Positions 12,034-22,819 of a stretch of 64,000 nucleotides of DNA are shown in pieces. Below the pieces are notes generated by a model. That model was not told where the DNA came from. It was given only the letters and a program-made list of their open reading frames with translations, and did no database searches. The stretch is taken from assembly GCA_035084275.1 (NCBI GenBank), contig CM068752.1:7812001-7876000 (forward strand). The letters run 5' to 3'. Every line of letters starts with the position of its first letter. Position 1 is the stretch's first letter. Origin of the DNA: Hydrolagus colliei (taxonomy: Eukaryota). Made by a program: the position numbers and the translations under genes.

Positions 12034-13430
12034 CCTCCTGAACTGTTTGAGGTTGGGTTATCGCTGGTAGGCACCTCAGGAATGAAACGCAAACCGTGGG
12101 TGTGACTGGCGGCCAGTGACAGCCTCTCTCTTACTCTGCTCTTCAATAAACCTTTCGCTTCTTCAAACTCCTTTACCTCTGTCTCTCTTTACTGTTTGTC
12201 TCTTATTAAAGATGCTCACGACAGTGGGTGACAGGGGGTGGGGTGTTGGGGAGAAACCATTAGCAAAGATTCCTTTACAACAAAAACTTGCATTTATATG
12301 GTGCCCCTGATACCCTGAGACAGGGTAGAGTCCAGGAGCCTTAGATCCTAACACCTGAAGCAAAGTTACTGAAGGGGGCAACTTGGTTGTTTCTCTCACT
12401 CACAGATCATCGCCTGGGAGAGGGCAGGAAGGGGGCAGGAGTTGGGTGACGAGGAAGGGGACATGATATTTCATTACATGGATTCCTGCAGCTCAGTGGT
12501 GAGAGCACTCGCCTCACAAGTGATAGGACCTGGGTTCTATTCCCAGATAGGGCAAAATGGTAGGCAAGTTTCCTGACTCCACACGTCTCAGCTTACTCAG
12601 CAGAGAGTTGTTAAGTCAATTGGCAGATCACTTTCCAGCGGTAATAATATAACCCCTTTCAAAAAAACATGTAGTCACTCGTTTCACAAATGTTTTGTGG
12701 CACATGGCTAGGCGCAATTGTCTGCCGCGTTTCGCCCACAAAATAATCACAGTCACTGCGCTTTGCAGTGTATTCTGTGAAGCGCTCTGAGAAGCTACCC
12801 CAGCATGGAGGGCGCTATACAAGCACAGGTTGTTGTTGAAGCGCTGTATCAAACGTGATGATTATGATGATCGTGGCCAGATTGTGTCAGGGTGTAACAC
12901 ATGGCTTTGTGTCTCTGCAGCTGAAAGCTTCCTCCGGGAGCCAGACCTGGAGACCCGGCTTTGAGCGACGGTTGAGCAGCCCCCAGCGTCTGAGCGAGGA
13001 GTGGGGCGCGGGTCGTCGCTCGCTCCACCACCCCCTCAGCCCCCCGGGCGGGTGGACGGCACCCAGAGACCCCAGGACCAGCGCCGATAGCCGGCGGCTC
13101 AAGGACATCCTGGCCATGAACGTGGTGAATGCCGCCCGGCGGAAAAAACTGGGGAGCCCCGTGTCCGAGCCACCGGGGTGCGGCCTGGTCTCTCCCGGCC
13201 CCAGCCCCAACCACGGCCTCTTCTCCCCCACCTCACCCTCCTTCAGGCCCTCCCCAGACACCCAGCACACGGTGACTCGCTCTCCCCTCCGTCTCTACAG
13301 CCGCTCCCTCACCGACTCCGACTTCTCCGGGGCGTCTGACGACTCGAGTCCCAAGTCCCCTAGTTACCTCAACTTCTGTCCCCGCGGCTGGAGCGGGAGC
13401 AAAGCCAGGCTCGCCGAGCACCTGCCCTAG
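8822..13430 (+). CDS. SYNPO: Synaptopodin, long C-terminal isoform. Large exon 8822-11335 spliced to terminal exon 12921-13430; 5' exons uncertain
   Basis: ORF 8852-11365 has synaptopodin motifs [89 protein letters not shown] and PRPSFSAKTAGLEAQ. Acceptor ctgcag|8822 (phase 0), donor CAG|gtgtgg at 11336, acceptor tctgcag|12921. The last exon has LAMNVVNAARRKK, RSLTDSD and NFCPRGW, as in the long SYNPO C-terminus. First in-frame ATG is at 9113 (gagATGg). AATAAA at 14599. Confidence 0.92.
10238..11128 (+). repeat. Coding minisatellite of 33 x 27 nt (9-aa unit [Q/P]ASLPSPL[T/P]) in the SYNPO exon
   Basis: Units stay in register from CAG at 10238 to CAA at 11102 (exactly 32 x 27 nt later). Confidence 0.9.
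12483..12840 (+). mobile_element. tRNA-derived SINE in the last SYNPO intron
   Basis: A-box-like gcagctcagtggtgagagc, B-box-like gggttctattcc, core gcgcaattgtctgccgcgtttcgcccac. Confidence 0.7.
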
Positions 13431-15099
13431 ACACACATTGCCCTAGACACACACTGCCCCCAGCACACTCACACACTGCCCCAGATACACATCCACACAC
13501 TGCGCCAGACACACACACACTGCCCCCCCAACATACTCACCTACCACTCACCCTCATTATTATTATCATTATTATTAATAACAAATAATCATTTGGAAAT
13601 TGGTTTCATTTCATTTCTCAACCCACCACTGTTTGTGGGACACTCGCTGGGTGCAATTGGCTGCCACGTTTCGCCCACAAAACACACAGTTCCTACACTT
13701 TGCAGTATAGCTGGTGAAGCGCTTTGAGATGTATCAAAGATGTGAGCAGGAGCTGTATTAAATACACAAGGATTATTATTATTATTCTTATTATAAAACG
13801 CTTTGGGTCTCGGTGCTGGGAACGGTCTCAGTGCCCAAGTGGGTGACCAGCCCGCAACATACAGGCCAAGTCTACAGTCGCCAGCCTCCGCACCTTCCCT
13901 CCCTGACTCCAACCCCGCAACCCCTTCCACCCCAACAGAAACTCAGGGGGTTTAGCCCCCAGTTTGGCAGTCACTCATTATCCCAGACCGCCACGCAGAG
14001 ATGCTTTACAATCAGGTACATCTCTGCCCCCTCTCCCTTTCCCAACGTATCGCCCAGACATTGCCTCTGTGCTCAGCTAATCGCCGCACTCGCTCGCATG
14101 CTCGCACACATATACATATACAGTATATACATATACACACACACACCTCCAGTTTATATCACATAAGCCACTCAGTCTTGCTGTCACCAATTAACCAGCA
14201 GAACTCCTCCATATAAACACATCACAGCTTGGGTTTATGTTCTGAACAGTACAATCTTCCTCTCTCTCTTTCTCTCGGAGTGATGATTATAAATAGAATA
14301 ACGTCCGAAACTATTTCCTATCAAATGCAAACGAGATTGTACATCACTGATGATAAATATATAAACTTCGTTTGAGTTTGAGCGTCTGCAGTTATTATGG
14401 TGTTTATTAAAAAAAGTCTCAGAGTAAAGCTGGTTAATCGGGGACATTGTTCCTCAGCCCAGACCACAGCCTGTACCCCCAGCTCCTCCCAAGCCCATAA
14501 CCCCCACCCCCCACCACCACCAGTGAAGGGGTGGGAGGACAACACAATCACGATTTGTTAGCCACCCATCATTTTCTTTATGGACAGCTTTCTTGCACAA
14601 TAAAGAGAGTGGAAAGCTGAGTGGATATGAGTGTATCCCTTATTTTTAATGGTTAGATTCCAGCAATACCCCAACACACTTGGTTCTTGCCAACCTGCGC
14701 CTACTACTCTCCAGAATTAGGTGAGTAGTGAGAGAGTGAGTCTGCTTCCCATTCCAACAATCTCTCTCTCTCGCTCTCTCTGGCATTTCCATGTGCAAGT
14801 GGCAATGCGTGGAATTCTCAGGAGGGGTCAGAGTCTCAAGCAACGGTGGTTGGTTTCCGTGTGTGTTAGCCACTCAACTGGGCAAAATACATCCTGACCT
14901 TCACCACAGGAGGGCAGCAGCGAGGCACTGGAGCTACGGGCTCTCCAAGGAATGAATGGAGGAGTTTGGGCAGCGATGGTGTGAGTAACAAGGAGCCCCT
15001 GAACATGTGGAGCAAGAATTCATCACAAACTGCTCACAGAGCTCGTCCGTGACCTTGGGCAGCTCCGGGTTAGAATAAACATAACATGGAAGCCGGTTC

Positions 15100-15270
15100 A
15101 ATAACAACTTTTAAGAGAGACGTAGATAGTCATTTGGGGAGGACAAATTTGCAGGGGAAAGAGCGCAGCGGAGTGGGATTGACTTTGAACAGCTCTTTGC
15201 AAAGAGCCGGCACAGACACGATGGGCCGAATGGCCTCCTTCTGTGCTGTATAATTCTATAATTCCATCAT
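15100..15270 (+). mobile_element. CR1 LINE 3' end
   Basis: gagccggcacagacacgatgggccgaatggcctccttctgtgctgtataattctataattc is a typical CR1 terminal hairpin plus short-repeat tail. Reverse-oriented relatives (aggaggaggccattcagccc...) lie at about 5255, 11552, 45443 and 55950. Confidence 0.65.
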
Positions 15271-15686
15271 ATCAACCGTCATCCAGTGCCTGTAATGTCA
15301 TGTAAGCAAACACAGCGATCAATTTACACACATCACACAACAGCCACAAGCTCAGTAATAACCCATGTACCTAGAGCATTCTGGCCAAGACGTCTGGATA
15401 GGCAGAACGGGACTTCATTTTAATGTTTCACCCGCAAACATTGAGGTAAACAGGGAGAGAGTCACTACACTTTACAGTGAAGCGCTTTGACACATCTCGA
15501 AGACATATCAAAGGCAAGAATGATTTTATCAGAAGGGCACCGGCGAGAACAGAAAGCAATTACTGTCGAGCTGTAGTGACTGTTTCTGTAGCCAAACGGA
15601 GAGCTAAGGGGGTCTCACTGTTAACAAGTCAACTTGGCCGGTTTAAATATTTACTAACGGGAAACCCAAGCCCCGGTGTCTGCCGG

Positions 15687-15745
15687 CAGCTGTTCACATC
15701 CCTCGTGGGAAGGAGCTAGAGAGGGTTTCACGGCTAAATATAAGT
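15687..15745 (+). promoter_or_regulatory. Muscle-type promoter of MYOZ3: E-box CAGCTG plus a MEF2 site overlapping a TATA element
   Basis: ggCAGCTGtt at 15687-15692. CTAAATATAA (YTAWWWWTAR) at 15734-15743 overlaps TATAAG. A probable non-coding exon 1 follows and ends at donor CGG|gtaaga 15955/15956. Confidence 0.55.
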
Positions 15746-16441
15746 TTATGAGCAGACGGAGCGGGGAGCAGAAAGAGGAGAGAAGGGAGGGGAGGAAGAG
15801 GAGGAGAGAAAGGAGGCTGGAATCTGGGACGGTCCTCTCTCACTCAGGCCAGTCAAGGAGACGTCACAGACACAGCCAGGAGCTCCCAGTCCTGCAGCAC
15901 TGAGCGGCCAGGCCGACGAGGGGAAAACCACAGCCAACACCACAACACCAACCGGGTAAGACACCAAACCCCAGCCTGGCAACTGTTTAACCCTTTAATC
16001 AGGCCCCTGATCCATCCTCTGACAAGTGGGGGTTGGTGGGGGGGCAGGAGGGAGGAGGAAGCGAAGGGTCAGGGAAGAGCGGCAGGTGGTGGGGAGGGAG
16101 CCGAGTGAGATGGGAGTGAACGAGAGTGAGGGAGGTGGGGAATGAAGGAGCAGCGAGTATGGTGGGGTGAAGCGAGAGTACATGAGTGAGTGAGAGGGGT
16201 GAGGAAAGGTGGAATGAGGGAGCGGCGAGTGAGGGGAAGACCAGCAAAGTTGAGTGGATGGCAACGATTGAAGAAATCTCGGGTTTGAATCGCATCAAAT
16301 ACAAACAAGTCAATTGGGAACCATTCAGCTTTCTGATGGATGTATTTCTTCTTCCTGCAGGAAGATCTTCCTGAGGCCTCCACGGACATTTCCCCCCAAA
16401 CCCTCACCTACCGCCCCCAGGGCCCGTCACAGACGACAGCC

Positions 16442-19400
16442 ATGTCCTACGCCGCGATGATAAAGGAGAAAAAGGAAAAGGCTGCGATTGTTGCAAATGA
16501 ATTCCACCGAGCGGGAGGTAAAGTCACGTCTGTCTGTCCATCCATCCGGGTATCAAGTCACAGACAATCTTTTAATCCTACTTCCCACCTTGTCTCTCCA
16601 GCTCTTAATCCCTACTTAATACCCAAATGTCTGTTTGTCTTTTCAACATCTCGATAGATGGAATCAACTCTGCAGCTCTCTGGGGCAGTGATATCAGCCC
16701 AACTCCTCATTCCTCCACCCCTCCCTTTCCATACCCCTTGCTCCCCCACCCCTCCCTCTCCCTACCCTTCGCTCCCCCACCCCACCCTCTACTTACCCCT
16801 CGCTCCACTCACTTCTCGCACTCCCTCATGACCCTCATGATCGCACTTGTCAATTCCTTCCACCATTCTACCCGCCTGGAACTCTTAACCCTGTCAGTAT
16901 CCAATAATCCTTGAATAATTGTTACCAATGCCAAATTGCATGGTCGAAGCATCTCAAAGCACTTCATAAGATATACTCTATAAAGTGTTCTAAAATGTGC
17001 GTTTTGTGTAGGCAGACAGCAGCGTTACACTAACAACCACAAAGTAAATGATCAACATGTATCTGATTGTTGGCCAGAATACCGGAGGAGAGAGGGAGGG
17101 AAGGAGAGAGAGAGTCACCGACTCCCTTCTCTACCCGAATAGCTCTGCGGGATCTTTAACATCCAGTTGAACAGGCAGTCAGGGATCTCTCAGTTCAATG
17201 TCTAATTTGTAGGAGGTACAATGTGATGGTCCCCTAAGCCCTGCTCTGGTCAACCCACCCTCTCATTCCAGTTAAAGCCCATCATCCCGGGATTGAGCTG
17301 GTGATGTTCCCTGGACGCCCTCAAGGTTTAACCTTGTGATCCCAACTCTAAGTGATCCGGTCTCAAGGGGATACGCCACACGTGTTTTGACCATAAACAC
17401 AAGCCCCCAGTGTCTCAGGCCGACACAAACCGACCTCAGTCCCAGTCTCAGTCTCTGCTCCAGGACAGGTTTGCTGGAGGCTAAATATCACTCAGTGACA
17501 CTGAATCTATTCCTGGGTGTGATTGGCAGGGAAAGCTGTCGGGGAGGAAGCCGTCAGCTTCGCATGTCCCCAGCCTTGGGCGAGAGAGAGAGACGTCCTC
17601 ACAGCCAACCCCACATCTGCAACCCTGCAAAGCCAATTGCTCAACAACAACAACAATCTGCATTTACACAGCGCTCTTTATGCAGGGGCTGTATCTCGGG
17701 TTACGGGAAGAAAACACGGCAGCCAATTTGCCCTCATCCTCCAAAGACATGGGATTGGGGGGTGGGGGGGAATGGAGTCAACCATTTACAACAACAACAG
17801 CATCAATTTATATTCCATCCCTCAAGCAGGGCAGCAAACCAGAGGTCCGTTTATGGGGAAGGAATGTTGGCTGTGATACTGGCTCCACACTATTCTCATT
17901 ACCTTCTTGTTTACCTCACTCTTATCCCCTGGACTTTCTCCCCCCAGAGGTGGTGCAGCTGAACTTGGGGAAGAAAGCCCACCTGCCCCGGGACGTGATG
18001 GTGGAGGAGTTGGCGTTACTCTCCAACAAAGGGGCCAAGATGTTCCACTTGCGGCAGAAACGTGTCGACAAGTTCACGATAGAGAGCACGGCAGACCGAC
18101 ATCAGGTGGGACCAGTCTGTACCAAGCTTAAACACCTGGATCTGGTTCCCCCTCCACCCCACCTATTGCTACTGACAACAAATACTGACCTTCTTCCTCT
18201 GTCCCCAAACATTGGAACTCCATCCCACAGTCCCTTCGCCCCACCCACTTCCTCCCTCACTCCCTTCAAGACCCTCCTCTTTGACCAACTGCGCCTTCAA
18301 TCATTCCGTCTCTTATCCCACCCTCCTAGCCCTGATCTCAAACACCAGCTCCGGTGGCTATCCCGACCATCTAGCGCCTAGGGAGATCCTCTTGACTTGA
18401 AAAGGCAATGTGTAAACATCATTTGTTGTTGTTGTCGTCGATCAAAAACATTGACCATTTGGGGAAAAAAAAGACTCCAGCAGTGACCCCCCCCCCACCC
18501 CCACATCCCCCACCTCAACCTTCTCTGCTCCAACAATACTGCCCCAAACAGAACTATCATCCGCTTGTCCCTTCACACAAGAGGGGAGCAGACAGCTGGA
18601 GCGAGCGAGCCAGCAAACTATCAGGGAGAGGTTCAGGGCTGGTCCCTGGGACATACTTAAGAAACAGCTCAACGCTGAAACAGGAGGACGGTTTCTGGAA
18701 AGGCTGAGATCAAATAGGGCCGAATAGATGTCTTCATTCCTACCCTCTGGTGTCACCCTGTATCGAGTGACGCCTGCCTGCCTGCCTGCCTGTCTCTCTT
18801 CCCTGGGCCTGTGTTATCAACCAATCTTTCGTTGTTCCCCTCCAGCAGAAAGGCTGCGTCTCAGTCTCGAAGCCCGCCGAGGGGCTGAAGGAGAATTACA
18901 AGACTGAGATCTTCATCCCACAGGGTGGGAGGGCCCCAGGACCCCCCGTCTCGGCCAAGCCTCCTGGAATCCTCACCGCAGGCAAACAACTCAACATGAA
19001 CCCCAGCCTCATTGCTCCAGGTACAGGTCACAGTGCTATACATAACCACAGTGAAATACGTTACCATAAAGAGTGTAGATACTCTTTACACTGCAGGAAA
19101 AGACTGAGGGAGGGGTGGTGGGGGGTGGGAGGGGGGGGGCAAGTGCAGAAGGGAAAGAGGGTCAGTTGTTGTCATTCAGCTCCGGGTTTCAGTCCAGCCC
19201 CAGTCTAACTGAGTAGCAGGAGGATTGGTGTGAGGGTTGGTGTGAGGGTCCCTGAGCGAGGACATGGGTTTGAGCCAATCTCAGCCCAGTTTCCAACGCC
19301 AGGAACACGGCAGTTGATCCACAGCTCAGCTTCTCCATTGCCTTGATAGCCTCCAATAGCTGGTGTCAAACCAACACAGCCCCATCCTCACTGTGCCCCA

Positions 19401-20539
19401 CCCCTCACTCTCTCTCCCACCCCCACCCAGGTTACTCGGGGCCCCTGAAGGAGATTCCTCCGGAGAGGTTTAACAGCACGGCGGTGCCCAAGTCCTACCA
19501 CTCGCCGTGGGCGGAGGCCCTAGTTGACGGACACGATTATGTGGAGAGCATCAGCGCCAACCTCCCAGAGCCCCCGCCGCAAACACAGGCCTTCAGGTGC
19601 TTCAACAGGTGAGTGTCAACAGCTCAACAACTTTGATTTATATAGCGCCCTCCACGCCGGATGGCGTCTCAGAGCGCTTAGGACCACCCAGCTCAGCACT
19701 GCACAACACAGCTCCGCACAGAGGAACTCTCGACCTCCACCCATTCAGGGAGACAAGACTTCAGCTTAAAATCTGATGTGAAGTTCGCCACCAGAGACAA
19801 CGCAGAGCTTTCTCCCCAGAGACTGAGACCCCCCACCCCCAGCTCTGGGCTGGAGGCTCAGCCTGGATTGACAGCTCATATGGCTCCAATCCATAACCTC
19901 CTGATTCGGGACAGACTCCTAGTCGGGCTGACATCGGCAGTTTAACATTAAAGATTGGCACCGACTGTGTTGATATGTGAAGGTAAATCAGTGCTGGGGG
20001 AGAGGGGGGGAAGAGACAGGAATGGAACCCTCACGTCACTGTTGACAGTTTCTCTATTTCAATCCAGACACCACACGGCTGACTGTCCAAACGCACCGGC
20101 TTCCAGCTTCACCTCGCACGCAATGGGGTGAGAGTAGAGAGAGCTCCAGTGGGGGAGCGTGGCCCAGCACAGACACTATGGCGGGTGGAGAGAAAGAGAG
20201 TGATAGAGAGCAGGGTTAGAGTAGAGACAGAGAGCTCCAGTGAGGGATCGAGCACAGACACCATGAGGAGAGAGAGAGAGTGAGCAGTGAATGGGGGTTA
20301 GAGACATGTCACATAGTCTCCCTGACCTCAGACACTGTGTTGTTTTCAGGGCTGCGACCCCCTTCGGAGCCCCATCTCTGATCCCTGCCCAGTTCTTCCC
20401 GGCGCTGCCGGCCTTCGAATCGGCCGAGGAGATGGTGGAGCCAATGACGGTGGAAGCCGAACGCATCATCAACCGCCCCAACTTCAACCGTCGCCCGCGA
20501 GGCTGGATCCCCCTCATCCCTGAGTCGGCCGAGCTGTGA
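16442..20539 (+). CDS. MYOZ3: Myozenin-3 (calsarcin-3), about 258 aa. Coding exons 16442-16517, 17948-18105, 18846-19020, 19431-19608, 20350-20539
   Basis: Calsarcin motifs [76 protein letters not shown] and RPNFNRRPRGW, ending ESAEL. All introns are GT-AG with consistent phase. Position between SYNPO and RBM22 identifies the MYOZ3 paralogue. Confidence 0.92.
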
Positions 20540-22186
20540 GGCGGCCTCCAGCGGGGAGGAGGGGTACCGGGGGGAGGGGGTGTGTATGACGGGGGGCGGT
20601 AGGGTTAGTGGGGATGGGCCGGGGAGGGGGAGGGAGAAGCTTGGGTTAACGTTACCATAATAACCCTCCCCACTCCCCGTCACACATTAATTATTCCCAG
20701 GCCTGGTAGCTCGATGGTGGAATCTCACAGCACAGAATGAGGCCATTAAGGCCCATTGTTCCTGAGCGGGATCTTTGATATGGAACAGCTGCCAACCTGC
20801 ACCCCCCCTCCCGCCACTCTGACCCACTCACAGCCCTGCACACGTTTCCTTTCCTCTCCCTCCCCAGCGCGGTTCCTCGCGGGGCTGGTTGTGTTTATGG
20901 ACGGTTTCCCGTGTGATAACTGGACGGACGGAGAGTCATGGGTTAACAAGCGACAAGAGTGAGACACCGACGAGAAGCAAATAAACAGATAACAGCAACA
21001 ATGAGAATCCTCATTGCTCTCACAACCAATCACAGCCAACACAAGGACATTCACTGAACATCGCAGGAACATCAGTCAGGCTGCCACAGAGAGAGTGTAA
21101 TGGACAGCCACACCTAGATACACCCACACACACATACACACACACACTGGCCGTACCTGCGGCTTTGGGAAGAGAGAGAAGGATCTTTCGCTTCTCCGTT
21201 TGAGACCCAGTGCAGGGGGTGAGATTCTCAGTGTTTACGCTGCCCACTCCCAACCCCACTCTGACACACAATGAAGAGACTGCCACAGGCTGAGTTAGTA
21301 AAAGATGTGTCTCTTTATGTTCTAGTTGTGTGGCTGGACAGGCAGACAGACAAACAATCCCTAACGCACTCCCTCGCTGACTAACACCAGCCACACCAAG
21401 TAACAGCTCCCCCCTCCTGTCCCCCCAGCGGAATCGGTGGAGAGCCCGAGAGAAGACGGGGCAGTGGGTGGGTGGGGGCTGGGAGAGGAAACAGTATAAA
21501 ATAAGCCGTAGGCAAGTGTCAAAAAATGAATTTCACCTAATTAGGTGGGCAGCGGGGTGGGGAGCGGGGACAGGCATTGGGGAGGGAGGAGTGGACAGGC
21601 CTGCAGAAGTAGGCAGGCAAGGAGGTGGATGGGGGGAGAGGGGGATAGGTGTGAAGGAGGGGGAATTGGGCAGGGGGTTGGCGCGGGCAGTAGGGACCCT
21701 CAGTCAAGACACTCCCACAGTGGGAGCCCAGATTGTGTCACATTCCCGTTAGCTTCCCAGCCTGCTCTTTAGCCTCTGCTATCAGAGGACACAGCCGGCA
21801 GCCATAGGTCTGGGGGAGTGGGGGAGGGAGGGGAGGGGACCGGCGGGTCGGTGGATGGGGATGGCAGGGGGATTTAGACATGTCCAAACTTCAGACCCCG
21901 ATACCCTCCCTCAAGCCTGACTCAGTGCTCAGCCTGACACTCCCCTGGCTCCCATAGACCCGCCAGATGGTACCTCCTGGAAACACATTCCTCACAGAGG
22001 CCGAGCGGTGACACAGGAACCAGGGAAACAACATCCAAATAAAGATGGCAGTCGTAGAGAGGCTGGATGGTCGGGGGGGAGGGCACAGAGCGAGAGTGAC
22101 AGAGGCCCAGTCTCTCCCACCCACCAGCCCCTCCATGGCTGATATAAAAGGGATGGTGAGGCATGTGGTGGGGGTGGTGGAGCTGG

Positions 22187-22779
22187 CTAGGCGTTGTTGG
22201 GCTTGTTCGTGTGAGCTCCCATTCGCTGGGGGTCCTGGGACGGGTAGTGGATGGGGCCCGGAGCCCGAAGGAAAGGTGGGGGCGGGGGAGGCATAGAGTG
22301 GAAGACTGTGGGTCCAAACCCTGTGGAGAGAGAGAGAGAGTTACACACTGATAATCAGCCAGCGAGCTGAGACATGCGCACACACACGCGCACACAGGAA
22401 GCCATTCAACATACATGTCACCACATTTTACACGACGTTGCATGAAGAGCTTTGAAACATTTCGACAACGTGATGAGGTCTGACGCAGAGGGCGCAGGCG
22501 GCGCGGGCACTTACCGGGTGGGGGAGGGGGTAACGAGATGTTCATCACTGTGGCCGGGGAGCTGGGCGGCAGGTTGAAGAAGTTCGGGGGAGTTTCCTCT
22601 TCCACTGAGGCAGGGGGCGGCAGGACTGAGAGGGAGGGAGGGAGAGAGAGTGAGAGTATGAGTGAGAGTGAGATATATAACTGTCAGTATGTGTTTGCCT
22701 GTGCAAATGTCTGTCAGTGTATGTGACTGAGCCTGTGTGTGTGTGTGTGAGAGAGATGGAGCCTGTCTGTGTGAGGGAG

Positions 22780-22819
<40 letters not shown>

